Below are positions 42,100 to 57,700 of a stretch of 64,000 nucleotides of DNA, piece by piece. The position numbers and the translations under genes are program-made. How positions within the stretch are numbered: the stretch's first letter is position 1; each line of letters opens with the position of its first letter. The notes under the pieces were generated by a model. It searched no databases. It was given only the letters and a program-made list of their open reading frames with translations, and was not told where the DNA came from. This DNA comes from Octopus vulgaris (taxonomy: Eukaryota): the NCBI GenBank assembly GCA_951406725.2, contig OX597833.1, forward strand, positions 7,378,001 through 7,442,000, in the 5' to 3' direction.

Positions 42100-43853
42100 G
42101 GGTATAGTAGAAGGTACTTGCCCAAGGTGGCATGCAGTGGGACTGAACCCAGAACCATGTGGTTGGGAAGCAAGCTTCTTACCACACAGCCATGCCTGCA
42201 ACAATATTTTTTTGGGGGTTAAGTTTTTTTTCTATGGCAGCTTTGACTTTCAATCAATTTGTCTTTCAGCCAAAATAATTTTGACAAAAATGTATTCTGG
42301 CGAATATATTCTCAATGGGTTTGTCTAATACGGAACAGACAGATGCAAATATGAAGAGGAAAATCATACAAATAAACACACACAAGAAGCACCAACATAC
42401 AAGCAAAATATACATAAGCATGTGCACACACACACACACACACACAGCTAAACACGACATACGCAAACAAGAACACCCAAGCATACAAGTAAGGCACACG
42501 TGGACACACACACACACACACACACACACAGAGAAAGAGTGAAACAAAGTAATACGCACTGTTTCGTTGATCATTTACGGTTGATGAAGGATGAGACAAA
42601 TCAGGCGTGACACAAACTGAAACGATACAACAGTAGCAGCAGCAACAACAACATCATTAGAACATTGAAAGCGTCTTAGTTATGTTCCTGGTTCTAATCC
42701 TAGTGAGGTTAAACTTTACTTTTCCTCCCTCCAGGATCAATAAAATAAAGAACCTGCCAAAGTACCCGGAACAACGTAAACCAACTAAAACCCCTCCTCC
42801 CTCGCCCACCACCACAATTCTAAGATTTGTGTCTATATTAGAAACAACAGCAGCAGATTGGCGGAATTGAGAGGACGTCGGACTAAATACCTTGTTGTAT
42901 TTGTTGCAGCTGTTTAGTTCCTGAGTTCAAATCCAGCCAAAGTCAACTTTTCATTTTATCCTTCTAGGGATTGATAAAATAGAGTAAGAAACGAGTTGAG
43001 AGGTTGATGGTTATCATCTAACCCTAACCCTTTAGGCCCCCTTATACAGTAGTGTTTTACTTCAACACACTCACATGCACATTATATACACACACACATT
43101 GCAAAAGTGAGATGAGTTTATGATTGTTACATCATGGGTTCAATTCCTAACCCTGGCAGTGTGCTATGCCCTTGAGCAAGGCATTTAACTTTAAATTGCT
43201 TCAGCCAACACAGCTGAAGTTAGGTCCCAGTGGTAGCTGGGGTGGGGAGAGGGCAATTAACTTTGCAACAGATTGAGGCCCTTTTTGGGGAGAATTTTCT
43301 ACTTTCAATGACTTACTGCCTCAAACACCGAGATGAGCTCCCTGGCTTTATGGGACGGCAGGTTCCACACAGATAAACATCTCTTGTTTGCATGTGTGGT
43401 TATACTAGACTCTCCACTTGTCTTCATAAATTACTGATTGCACTTACCTGGCTGTGTAACTTCTGCCTTTTCAGGTGATGTAGTCGTAGGCATGTGGGCA
43501 CTGAGGTTGAAGCTTCCGGATGAAAATCTTCCTTGATTCTGGAATAGAGTTAGGCACATATATATATATATATATCCGAGACCCCCTTCGGTCACGACAC
43601 AGACCATGGGATTGCACCTAGAAAGTTACCCTCCCAGCCACAAGTCCAGGCATGGTTGTTTATGGAAGACCAGCAGTCGCCCGTGCATACCGGTCTTCCC
43701 TCTCCACGCCACCAGTGTTATCGAAGGGAAAGACAAAAGAGCAACGTGAAATAAAGTGTCTTGCTCAAGAACACAACACGCAGCCCGGTCTGGGATTCGA
43801 ACTCACAACCTCACGATCGTAAGCTCGACGCTCTAACCACTGAGCCATGCGCC

Positions 43854-43887
<34 letters not shown>

Positions 43888-46800
43888 TACATACACATGC
43901 ACATATATATGCACACACATGCATGCATAATGGTGATGATGATGATGATGACGTCAATCCAGGAGACACCCGCATACATGCACACACACATATTTAAGCA
44001 TATATACATACACATTTAGGCATATATATGTGCCAGTGGCATGTAAAAAGCACCATTCGAGCATGGTCAATGCCAGTCCTGCATGACTGGACCCTGTGCC
44101 AGTGACACATAAAAGGCACCATTTGAGTGTGGTCGATGCCCGTGACGCCTGACTGGCCCCTGTGCCAGTGACACGTAATAAGCATCCACCCACTACACTC
44201 TCGGAGTGGTTGGCATCAGGAAGGGCATCCAGTTGCAGAAACATTGCCAGATCAGACTGGAGCCTGTTACAGCCTTCTGGCTCGTCAGTCCCCAGTCAAA
44301 CCGTCCAATCCATGCCATCATGGAAGGCGGATGTTAAACGATGACGATGATGATGACATATGCGACTGGCACTCTGTCGGTTATGATGATGACGACCATC
44401 CCAGTTGATCCGATGAATGGAAGAGCCTGCTTGAGAAATTAATGTCTCAGTGGCCGGACACCCTAGGCACATGTACCCTTAACATAGTTTTGCTTTCAGG
44501 GAGATTCAATGTGACCAAGACTGGTCCTTTGAATTACAACTCATTTTTGCCAGCTGGAGCAACATGATACAAAGTGCCTTGCTGAAAGACACAACAGGCC
44601 ACTGGGGATCGAACACACGACACCCTGACCACCAAGCCACATAAATGTATATATGATGGTCTTCTTTTATAGCGAACACGAGTGGTTGGCGTTAGGAAGG
44701 GCATCCAGCCGTAGAAACATTGCCGGATCAGAATGGGCCTGGTGCAGCCTTCTGGCTTCCCAGACCCCAGTTGAACCGTCCAACCCATGCCAGCATGGAA
44801 AGCAGATGCTAAACGATGATGATGATTCACTCAGCAGAAGACACTTGGCTAAGGTACTGTGCAGTGAGATTGAACTCAAAACCACAAGGTTGCAGAGTAA
44901 ACTTGTTAACCATTCAGCCACAGCCATTTCTGTACCGATGATGATGATGATGGTGGTGGTGGTGGTGGTGAGTGACTGAAGCCAAGCCAAGGATAAAGAA
45001 AGACGATTTACCTTTCGGAACTTAACACAAGTGATGGCAGATTTGTGGGCAGATTCTTTGCAGACGAGGGCAGACTTCATTGAGCGTCGATCAAACACAT
45101 AGAGGGAGCCTTGCTTACTTCCCACACAGATCAAATCTCCACAGACATCGACACAGGTCAGAGCTGATTTCAGGGACATCATATATATCGTACTACAATG
45201 AAAACAAAACGGCGTCAGAATTAGTTCAAACTTTACAGAGGCAAGGCAGATATAATAATAATAATAATAATTGTGTACAGTGCTCAGGTGCACTACAACT
45301 CATCCAAAGTGTATATATAATCAGGTGTAGTTTCGGCGGATTTCGGAAAGCATGAGGGCCTTAAAGGATGCAGTGTCATGGCAGTCAACAACTGACGCAG
45401 GCAGTTTGTTCCATGCTTCAGCAACTCTGAGCGTGAAAAAATGTTTCTGAAAGTCGGCAAAAGGTTTCACCAACCCTAAATGAGTGAAGGGCAGGCCATA
45501 CACCTGTAGAACTGATTTAATGGGAAAAGCCATGACATTTTTGCTAATATGAAAAATTAAGTCAAAATGATAAAAACTTATAGTTTGTTGAATGACCGAA
45601 GAATGAAACTATAGCTGCGTCTCGCAGGTGAGTATGACTAACAAGTAAACAGGTACCACACTTTCACTAATTCCTTTAGGTGCCTGTGTTGTCATGAACA
45701 GACAGAGGTAGCATCCTGGCCTACCTACCTTTGAGCCAATGGAGCATTGAGGATGTGACAACTGAAGGGAGAGAAGGGGCAGCACCAATACTTGGCTGGT
45801 ACTCCTTTACGACCAAGTAGACTGAGGCAATGCAAAATGAAGGGCCTTACTCAAAGTCACAATGTACCATCCAATATAGGAATTGAACCAATAATCTTAT
45901 AACCATGAACCCAACACCTAAACCACAAGGCCAGCCTCGACTGCTACCCTGACAAAGGATAGAACTCGCAACTCGACGAAATCTCCAAGCAGTTTAAGTG
46001 CACAAGCCTCCAGTATCCATGTGGCTATAAAGTATCAGCCTGAATGTGACTAAAAAGAATCACGACCTGGATGTAACCCGTTCCCTTAGAGTGCAACAAA
46101 TTAAGGGTCAAAATACTTGCCCGAGGTGGGTTTCTTCTTTGAAGTCCTCCAACTTTGTAGCCCCCAGTCAGTCTCGTCCTTCATGCTGATACACACAGCT
46201 CATAACTAAAACCATCCACATACTCAAAACCACAGTTGCAGTGGTTTTTCTTGGTCCAAACGCAACACTTGTATACAACTGTGATCCACAGCTGACCCAG
46301 CAAGGTCTACTCTGGGCAACAAGCAAAGAAACTAACAGTTTGTACGTTTTCTTTAACAAAGACACTTATTAATAACAACCCACCGTCTGCGTGACTGTTA
46401 CGTCCAGCAGCAGACCACATCTGACCAGAGATCATCTGCTTATTTTACATCCGGGTCTGCATGAGTTCGATGAAGACTATATATTTGAGGTAACATTTTA
46501 TGGCTGGATACTCTTCCAGTCACCAACTCTTACTAGCTTTACAAATAAAAGATTTGTTTTTATTCCACTGGTTTTAAAAGTGCAAAGCAATCAATCATAC
46601 CTTAAACAGGAAATGTAAACATCACAACACCATTTCAGTCAGAGGGCAACAAGGGAAGTCGTAGAATACGAACGTTCACAGACACACACATACATACACA
46701 CAAACAGATACATAAGTACATCTGCCCATTCAAAGTACCTTGGATCCCAGAACATCCCGCAGTGCTTGAGGAGACCTGTTGAGTCAAGTACATGTACATG

Positions 46801-49800
46801 AACATCGAAACAAATATCAATGGAAATAGTAGTTGTGATACCTGTGCCGGTGGCACATAAAAAGCACCATCCGAACGTGGCCATTGCCAGCGCCGCCTCG
46901 ACTGGCTTCTGTGCTGGTGGCACATAAAAAGCACCATCCGAACGTGGCCGATGCCAGCGCCGCCTCGACTGGCTTCCGTGCCGGTGGCACGTTAAAAACA
47001 CCAACCGATCGTGGCCGATGCCAGACTCCCCTGGCACGTAAAAAACACCCACTACACTTGCAGAGTGGTTGGCGTTAGGAAGGGCATCCAGCTGTAGAAA
47101 CTCTGCCAGATCAGACTGGAGCCTGGTGCAGCCTTCTGGCTTCCCAGACCCCGGTCGAACCGTCAAACCCGTGCTAGCACGGAAAACGGACGTTAAACGA
47201 TGATGATGATATATATATAGCCTAACAACCTACAAAGTAACATATATACGCACACACTTATACACAATGCACACTAAAGATTCTCACATAGTTTCCATCA
47301 ACCAATTCCAGTCACATGACATTGGTTGACCTTGAGGTTAAAAGTCAAAGATTCTGATCCAAAGTGTCATGAAATAAAATTGAACTCAAAGTCCATACTT
47401 GTGCCAAAGTTCCAGTTGAAGACCAAAGCTGGGTGGAATGATTCAACACGAACAATAAAATGGTGCTTATACTTACTTAAAGGTAGAAGTGTCAAAGAGG
47501 GCCAGTTCTCCATCCAGTCCAACACTGGCAAGAATTTGTTTGTCTTGGAAAAATGAGAGACCTGTTGCTGATGCTGAATGAATTTGGTTGGCTGAGTGTA
47601 AGAGTTTAGCACGACCTGCATCCCAAATATTAACAGCTCCATCAGCAGACACGGAACCAAGAACTGAGGCCTTGTGTGGTGAATAGCAGAGATCGTTGAT
47701 AGCCTTTAAATGAAAAATGTACAGAGAAAAACAAAGATTCTGAAGTGTTACCTATATTTCTTTTTTTACTGTAAAAATAACAAGGTGGAATATTAGGTCA
47801 GATATTAGGCCATGCACTGTTGCAGCATGTTGCTATATTCACCATTTGTCGGTCTATTCATGGGTCCTCCTGGGGGACCCATCGAGTAGGGTCACCATCG
47901 GAACCCATCTCCACAACATACCTCCTCATCTGCAGTATCCATATGGCAAGTGAGTCAATCAACAAAAGCTATCAACCCGGTCGAATCCTCAATGAAGAGG
48001 ACACTGTAAGCAGGATCTAACTCAGAAAATCAAGCAACATGGCCAAACAGCCTCAGATGCCAATCCTGAATCAGACAAATAACAGGACACGTCCAAGTTT
48101 CTGAGCAGAGTTGTTGGTTGCATTTCACATCCGACCAATGATAACCCATAAGTTGTAGGGTGGAATATGATGCAGATATTTCAGTTTATCTCCTAATCTA
48201 TCATTACCCAAATAAAGCTGTCTAATTAGCAACATATATGCACATTGAAGAAATAATTGTTAATGAATTAGAAGTGGCAATTGTTAGCAACTAAGGGGAG
48301 ATAATCTCAAAAAATAATTTCATAGAAAATTATATTTGATGCTCTGTGGAGGAGGAGAGAATGTGATCTTTGTTATGGGTCAAGGTGACAGCCACAAACG
48401 TGTTTCAATCCTGTCAGAACTCATCAGCTAATCCATGCCTTCTCAAAGTTGCTTTAAAGATGGAGTAAAGATTATCTGCCAACATAACATGGCAGTCCTG
48501 GTTTAGGATGAATTTTGCTGTAATTTAGCCCCAGGTGACATCGTCCTAAACCAGGACTGCCATGTTATGTTGGCAAATAATCTTTACTCCAAGTACTGTT
48601 GTTGAATATCTCTCATTGTGAGATTTACAAAGAGTAATTTGCTTTGAGGATATTTACACATAGAAAAGTAGAAACATTTTGGCCAGAAGTAATTTATATA
48701 ATTACAAACCTGGAGCTAAGGCAAATAACACTGGTTGGTTAATGACCTAAATAATTAGCAATAACGGGCACTGACAACTGCCATTAGGTTTTTGTTTACT
48801 ACCCCCAAATAAGAGGTTAATTTCAGTTCACCAAATCATGTATCATTACATCTGCTATTAATTGATAATTAGATGATGATTGTCTTTGATAACATTTATA
48901 TTGACATTGAGGAAGAAAAAAATTACAGAAATATACGACTAATTGTAGGGGGCATTTTGAAGATTACCAGTTATACTTCCTTAAATTTTGTAAACTAACA
49001 CCCACCCATCGTTTGAATTTAACCCTGTGTTGTTATCATCTTAATGTGTCCTGTTACTAAATGTATACAGGTCTCTAAGATAGGTCTATTCATAACCATA
49101 TTAAAGCTTAACAATTAAGTAATATAGAATTGCATCTAAGCCATTCCAATAATTGATGCAAGCTTCTCAATTTGCTTTCAGTCATTAAACAAAAACAAAA
49201 TGGAAATATGCAAATGAGAAATTCATTTGACTTAATTTGAAAATTAAAAAACCCAGTCAAGTGAGTGGATAGTGTTATCACTGCCACAGTAGGCAAAAGA
49301 TTGTGAGTAAACCTTTCTAGGGAATCACCAGCTACGGTGGAGGAACCTGCTTGGGTCAACGTCCTAGTGTTCAGGGCCCAGGCATGTCTCAGGTAAAGGC
49401 ATATGGGTGTGGCTAACAGCGTGGGGAGAAATGTGTGATGCTAAGCTAACTTGTCCATGATACTGTGTTCATGATGATGATAACCAAACCAGATCAGTTA
49501 TTGCCCAGGTTATCATCAAGGAATGGACAGGCCTGAATTTCACTGACTCACACTGGGCAGCATGGGACAGAGAGAAATGGTAAAACCTGGTTGTGATGTC
49601 ATCAACGAATGCCTCGACAACCACACGGTCAAGAGGAAGGAAAAAAGGATATAGGAAATAGGACATGATGTTATCTACCAAGTAAAAAGTTTATTTTAAA
49701 TTAATTACGAAATGAAAAAACTAACAGTGGAGCTTTGTAAGAAGTCCACTGATGTCTTACCTGGACCCTTGGTGCCAAAAGGGGAGTAGATGTGTCTCGA

Positions 49801-52800
49801 TACAGCATGTTGTTCAGAATGATTTCTCCATTATCCGATCCGGATGCAATATGACTGCCATTGTCGTTAAACTGGATTGTGGTAACACTGCTGCTGTGAC
49901 CCTGTTGTATACAAAAAAACATCTCAGGTTTACCTATATACATACATAAGCTTTACATGTGTGTGTGTGTATACATACATACACATACATACATACAGGG
50001 TGCAGTGAATAAACTGTCATCTAAATTGCACAAAAATGAAAATAAAACAGGCATCTCATTTTAACAGATATATACGGTGGCACGTAAAAAGCACCCACTA
50101 CACTTATGGAGTGGTTGGCATTAGGAAGGGCATCCAGCCGTAGAAACATTGCCAGATCAGACTGGGCCTGGTGCAGCCTCCTGGCTTCCCAGACCCCAGT
50201 TGAACCGTCCAACCCATGCTAGCATGGAAAGCGGACGCTAAACGATGATGATGATGATGATATTTACCAAAATTACATAAAAATATCTTTAAATACTAAA
50301 GAGTAAATGTATTCAATAAAATCGCTGTTGGCTTCAACCACGACCTCCAGACGACTTCGGAATCTCCTACAAATCTTTTGGACGGTCTCCTTATTTAAAT
50401 TGGTGTATGCTGCCATAATCCTTGCCTTCTGTTCATTTTTGGTGTTACAAACTTTTCTCATCTGATAAAAACCAAACCATGTTTGGTTGGAGGGGTTGCT
50501 TGAGTTTGTTCAAAAGCTTTGTAGGGCAGTCTTTCCTTTTGTCCTTGATGGCTTGGGATACAAAATTGGCCCTTTCTCATTTTTTATAAGGAATACTGAA
50601 TGTCTTCGGGCACTACCTACCTGATAAGAAACTCAGACACTCCCATGGACCTGATTGACTTGGAGGGATCATTGTCAATCATAGCCTGGATCTTACCAAC
50701 AGATTCAGGAGTTCTTTTCTTATCAGAACAACCAGAGGGAGTTTTCTGAGCTGCTCTACCTTTCTAATCACCATCAGACTCATCCAACTCTTTCTGAATC
50801 CTCTGCACTGTCCTCAGAGTGACACCCAAACACTCTGAAATGTTCGTATTGAAGCTTCAAGCATGAATACCAAGCAGTATAGCATGTCATTTCCAAATAT
50901 TTAGCAGAGTGAATGGCATCATGGTGCTGTTTTTCTCACAGACAGTGCCCAACTGACCCTGCAATACTGTATAGCCGACAAAATCAAAAACAAATGCACA
51001 AAATTAAAAATATAAAATGGCAACAATTTACCCATCGCACCCTATATATACACACATATATATATATTGATAGATAGATAGATAGAGAGAGACATAATGT
51101 GTGGAGTAGTACAGTGAGAGCAATGTGTGGTGTGGAGGGAGGTAGTGGTGAAGAGATACTTACTGACAATGTAGTGGTTTGACTTGAACCAGTCAAGTGA
51201 TAGACATGCAGCAAGTTGTCTTGGCCAGCTGCAGCAATAATTCTGTCCTTTGCTCCTAAAGCAATGCACTTCTGACCAACCTGTAGGAAATAAATGAATC
51301 AGGAATGTCAGTATTTGTCACATCATTGATGGATTAGCCATGAATGGATCGTCTATGGCAGAATGGTTAGGGTGTTGATATCACTATCATAAGAATCAGT
51401 TCAAACTGGTAATCTGTATATCATACTTAAAGCAGATACTCTGTTGAGGGGTCAATATGTATGACCATCATGCTGGTGCTGTCCCAGTATGGCCAAATTA
51501 TGACTGAAACACATTTCCTTCTCTTTTTTGAGGCAATATATGTGATTGAAGAGCAATTTGGTTGCTATTTCAGGTCAACTACGCAGCCACATAGAGGCTT
51601 CCAGTGGGGGACTGAGGACTGGGTTACGATTAGTACTTACCATACTTGTGTTCTTCAAGGTCTGTTCAGTGTTTGTGAGTTCACCAACGGAACCAAAGAA
51701 TATGGGTCCATAATTTTGGAACACACCAAGGATGGTAGCTGAGTAGTGGAAGGAGGTCAAGGAACAATAACAACATGTACGTCATTACATATATAATACA
51801 CACACACACAAGTACTACATCATATATATATATGGCCTCATGCCGGTGGCACGCAAAAAGCACCATCCGTTCGTGGCCGTTTGCCAGCCTCGTCTGGCTC
51901 CTGTGCCGGTGGCACGTAAAAAGCACCCACTACACTCATGGAGTGGTTGGCGTTAGGAAGGGCATCCAGCCATAGAAACACTGCCAGATCAAACTGGGCC
52001 TGGTGCAGCCTTCTGGCTTCCCAGACCCCAGTTGAACCGTCCAACCCATGCTAGCATGGAAAGCGGACGCTAAACGATGATGATGATGATATATATATAT
52101 AACTAGATAGATATGTATGTATGTGTATTTTTTTCTAAGAGAATGTCTCAAACAAGGAGAAATGACTGAGGAAGGAGAAATTAGGATGAAGGGAATGAAT
52201 TTACTTTAGGACAAGATCATCTTTCTCCAATTCTGCCTACACCATCCTCAGTCTTCCTTTTCTGCAGATTTCATCTACTGGGGGCCATTTGCCACTCTAT
52301 CTTCCATATATGTCACCTCTCACTGAATCTGATCCCTCTCTCAAAAACCCTTTTTAAAGCTCATTTCCAATGGAGAATGCTCACTCCCTTTCTTTTCGGT
52401 TACTGCATTTTCCCAGCATTCAATCCCTATGTTTTGCAACCCTGCAGTTCCAAATGTCATTCACAAACATCCCACAGCTGCAGCTTTATACTAGGAGAGA
52501 GAATTCCTTTGTTGCCAGACGTAATCACTCCCTGGACTTTCCCCACCTAGTCTTCACTTTGGCTACACAACCTATTAAATCAGAAAGGTTACACAAGTTG
52601 CCAACCATTTCTCTCTGAGCATTTGTAAGAACTTGTTTCACAGATACCCGAACTGCAAACTACTCCTCTATATCTGCTACAGACACAGTTTCTTTTCCGA
52701 TCATTCTACCTGAGACACCACTATTCTCCTGTGCATCCATAGTTTACAACTGATCCGAATCGTGGCCGAAGCCAGTGCCGCCTCGACTGGCTTCCGTGCC

Positions 52801-54663
52801 AGTGGCACGTAAAATGCACCAATCCAACCGTGGCTGATGCCAGCCTCGCCTGGCACCAGTGCAGGTGGCACGTAAAAAGCACCCACTACACTCACGGAGT
52901 GGTTGGTGTTAGGAAGGGTATCTAGCTGTAGAAACATTGCCAGATAAGACCGGAGCCTGGTGCAGCCTTCTGGCTTCCCAGATCCCTGGTCGAACCGTCC
53001 AACCCATGCTAGCATGGAGAACGGACGTTAAACGATGATGATGATGACACCATATGGAATTTCTGAGGGCCCCTTTCCTGGATTATCTTCCAGATTGTAA
53101 CTGAACTCTGCCTTTTTTGCCCCCTGCTAACTAACCATCTTGTCTTTACTATGGTTACTTTGCCATACTTCAATCCTAGCTTCTATCATTATACACGTGC
53201 GTTTGTACACACATGCATATTTTACCTTTTACTTACTACAGTCATTAGACTGTGGCCATGCTGGGGCACTGCCTTGAAGAATTTTTAGTTGACTGAATCG
53301 ACCCCAATACTTGAAATTTTTTTAAAGCCTGGTACTTTTTCTATCAGTCTCTTTCACCAAACTGCTAAGTTATGGGGACGTAAGCACACCAACACCAGAA
53401 GACACACACACACACACTTTATATATATATAACAGGAAGGTTTACGAAAATAAACAAAAGACGAAGGCAGGTGGAGTACAAACAAGCAAATGTATTAGTA
53501 TGGCGCCCAGGAATAGAAACAGAAAAAGTCTTTTACGTTTCGAGCCTACGCTCTTCGACAGAAAGATACACAGAAAAGAAACACGGAGAGAAAAAAAATG
53601 CATGTAGGAGCTAACGGTCCATCATGGCGTTCTGACTTCAGAGGTCAGACGTTAGACGCTAGAGGGATAGTAGGGGAGATAACAGGGTCAAGTGACAACG
53701 ATATATATATTTATTTATTTACGACAGGCTTCTTTCAGTTCCCTTCTACTAAATTCACTCTCAAGGCATTGTTCAGCCTGGGGTTATAATAGAAGACACT
53801 TGCCCAAGGTGCCGTGCAGAAGGACTGAACCTGGAATCAAGAGGTTGAGAAGCAAACCTCTCAACCATTTAAATATCTTTAATAGACTTCAATTTGCATC
53901 ATACACATAGAAACCCCGTACATATATACACATGTATAGATGAAGCAAAATCCCCTGGGTCCAGCTGCCCTTCATCTTAACGCCATCGTCCCCACCCCTT
54001 CCAGCTGACTCTGCAGCATCAATTAGGGACACAGTCTGGGTTTTAACAGGAGGTTCTCTTTCAATAAATTACATGAGATTCTAGAATTTAGGGGGCAGCA
54101 GAGGTGAAAGGGGCCTGGGAGTCGGGGTGTGAAAACTGATTTGATTTATACTGGCAAATAAAAAGTACTGCAAAGCTGTCATCTGTTGGCAGGCTGCGGA
54201 TGAGAGTGTGTGTGTGTGTGTATTCAACAGACCTGTATGCAGCATGACAGAAAAAAGTGGATGGTAGAATTCTAATAATGATGTGTGCATGTGTGTGTGT
54301 ACGGATATACATTTCTACACACATATGCAGAGAGAGATAAGAGAGAGAGAGAGAATTTCATGCACATAATGATGAAAACCAATATATATTTAACATACAA
54401 AACTCCTGTAAATGCAGTGTAAGACACACATTAAGTTACGTATATATATACAAACACACATACACACACACACACAATGTGTAAGTATAGGGAGACGTAA
54501 ACAGACAGATGGAAGACACAAGTAAGATATTAAGATACACTTTAGATATAGACAAGGTGAAGAGACTAAGGTAAGTACACATTCAACACTCTATATGAAT
54601 GAATGTGTGTGTGTGTATACATATTTGTGTGTGTGTGCCTATATATATATATATACACGCACA

Positions 54664-54710
<47 letters not shown>

Positions 54711-57700
54711 AACACTATATACATATATATACACACACAAACACTATATATATATATATATACACACACTATATACATATATATATACACACACAAAAAC
54801 ACTATATATATATATACATACACACACACTATATATATACACACATAAACACACCATATATATATATATATACACACACACACATATATATATATACACA
54901 CACACACACATATATATACATATACACACACTCACATAAATAGACTGAGAACCTTTTTACTATGTTACTTTCCTCTCCCCCCTCTTTCTGTTCGTATTCA
55001 AAATTTGTTTAGAATAAAAGTGAAATATAATACACATCCCCAGCCCCCCACCTTTCCCCACTCTCCGTGCCACAACCCAGCGCCCCGCCCCCCTACAGTC
55101 TCCCGCCACCTCTTACATACAAGCCTTACTTAACTACCTTACCGAAGCCAAGCAAGAACACAAGAGAAATGCAAAAATATAGGCAGGAAGAAGGCAAGAA
55201 GCGGGGCTGCTGCCTGCCCCATGGATACAGAAATCCTACATCATTTCGTAAAGATGACAGATGTTAATGTAAACATAACAAAGCATTTATGAGCTTGGCG
55301 CCACCAAAGTGTGAGTGAGACATCTTGGAGATTGGAATGGAGGATATGTAAGGGATAAAGTTAGACAGGAACCTAGACTATGGTATACATATATATGTAT
55401 GTATGTTGTCTACACACACATTACATATACATATATACATAACCACATACAAACACACATATTTGTGTGCACACACACACACATATATGTATATATATCA
55501 TCATCATCTAACGTCTGCTTTCCATGCTGGCATGGGTCGGACGGTTTGACAAGAGCTGACAAACCAGAGGGTTGTGCCAATTGTCTGGTTTGGCATGGTT
55601 TCTACAGAGTGTACTGGGTGCTTCTTTTGTGGAACCTATATATATCATCATCATTGTTTAATGTCCGCCTTCCATGTTGGCATGGAGGGGGGGGGGGTTA
55701 ACAAGAGCCAGCCAGGCAGAGCCCTGCACCAGACTTCTGTGACTGTTTTAGCAGGATTTTTACAGCTGGATGCCCTTCCTAATACCAACCACTCAGCAGA
55801 GTGGACTTTGTGCTTTTTACGTGGCACAAGCGCAGGGGAGGTCAGTTTTGGCAAGGTTTTTACAGCTGGATGCCTTTCAGAACACCGACTACTTTACTGT
55901 GAGGACTGGGTGCCTTTTAACTGGCACCTGCACTGATGGGGTCACCAAATACCATGCAAGACAAACGAAAACAATCTCTTTTGAGAGGGGAAGTGGGGGG
56001 GGGGGGCACTGGAGGAGGTGATCTTGTGTCGGATGATGAAAGGTTATAGTGAGACGGAGAGACAGAAACAGGTGTCTTGTTGTAGAGAAGGCACAAGGTT
56101 ACCTGGCTGGGGAGAGAGAGATCAGGAATGAGGACAAAAATAGGTGTTGCTGCAAAGGAAATATTTGACCACGAAGGTGAAATGGCAAAAGACTGATGGG
56201 AAAAAGAATAAGCAGTGGGTGGGTATGGAAGGAAGGAAGGAAGATTAACTGTTTAGCATTCAGATTATTTGTGTCAAATGTGATGCTTATTTATTCACAT
56301 TGTTTAGAATTAATCCTGGATTATCTCATAGCTTTGAGAGTTCGATGGTGTGATTGTTTATTTTTAGAATGACATTGCAGGGTAAGTGTGAGGGGCCAGA
56401 TCTGGATGGTTTGTGCATTAAACCCATTAGAACATTTGGGGGCCAGATACGGCTTGTTTAAATGCTGAAGGGTTAAGATAAAGTGTCTGGTATGAAAGAG
56501 AGAGAGGAAGAGGAGGAGCAAGAAGGACAGAGAGTGGTGGGTAATAACAGAGACAAGTGAGAAATGACAAAGCAAAGTGGGGTGAGGGAAGAGTGGGAGA
56601 TGACAGACAGGTTGATGGTAGACTGTGTTGGGTCTAGACCGGGTTGATGGAATCTTTAAAACATAGGCATCATGAAGGGTGGGGTAAGAGGAATTAAATA
56701 CACATGGGATCTATAACAGCCATTGTTATGCAGGTGGCATGGGACAAGAAGACGGATGATGGATATATATACACACACACGTACGAGGTCTGATCAATAA
56801 GTATCCGGACTGTTGCCATAGAAACGAAGCTAAAGCATGCAGAGTGAAGCCACGTGGCACAAATTGACCTTGAACTCTGATGTGCATGTGCACTAAGTTT
56901 TAACGTTCTAGCTCATTTCTGCTGTTTACAGCAGTGCTTGGAAGGAAGGTGTGTAGCATGTGATCGTCGCATTGATCATGACAGAGTAAGTTGTCATGGT
57001 GATACCTGCTCAGATGTTTATGTGAAGTTGCAGAAAGTATATGAGCCACACACAAGTGTATGAGTGGTTTAGGTGTTTCACAGATGGCCGAAAAAATGTC
57101 GATATTGACGAACGTTCTGGGAGACCCGCAACCAGCAGAACTGAGAAAAACATTGCAGATGCGAGTGCAGCTGTGAGGGGATATTGTCGAATCAGCATCC
57201 ATGAGTTATCAGAGGCTGTGAAGATTAGTTACGGTTCAGTTCAGTTCAGTCCATTTTCACTGAAGATTTGTATATGAGAGGAGTGTCTGCTAAGTTTGTG
57301 CCAAAACTGCTTTCGGCTGATCAAAAAGAGACTCGGGTTTCAGTTGTGAAGTGGTTGACTTTAGGAAGAGCAACCAGCTTTTAAAAACCATGCCAAAGCA
57401 GACACTGGAGCTTGGTACAGCCCTCTCACTCATCTGTTCATGTCAAATAGTCCAACCCATTCCAGCATCATCATCATCGTTTAACGTCCATTTTCCATGC
57501 TAGCATGGATTGGACGGTTCGACCGGGGTCTGGGAAGCCAGGGGCTGCACCAGGCTCCAGTCTGATCTGGCAGTGTTTCTACAGCTGGATGCCCTTCCTA
57601 ATGCCAACCACTCTGCGAGTGTAGTGGGTGCTTTTTACGTGCCACCTGCACAGGTGCCAGGGGGGGTCTGGCATCGGCCACGATCGGTTGGTGCTTTTAA

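Noticed and set aside
43017-43032. CTAACCCTAACCCT telomere-like repeat
   Set aside because: Only about two units; expected by chance or from repeat decay
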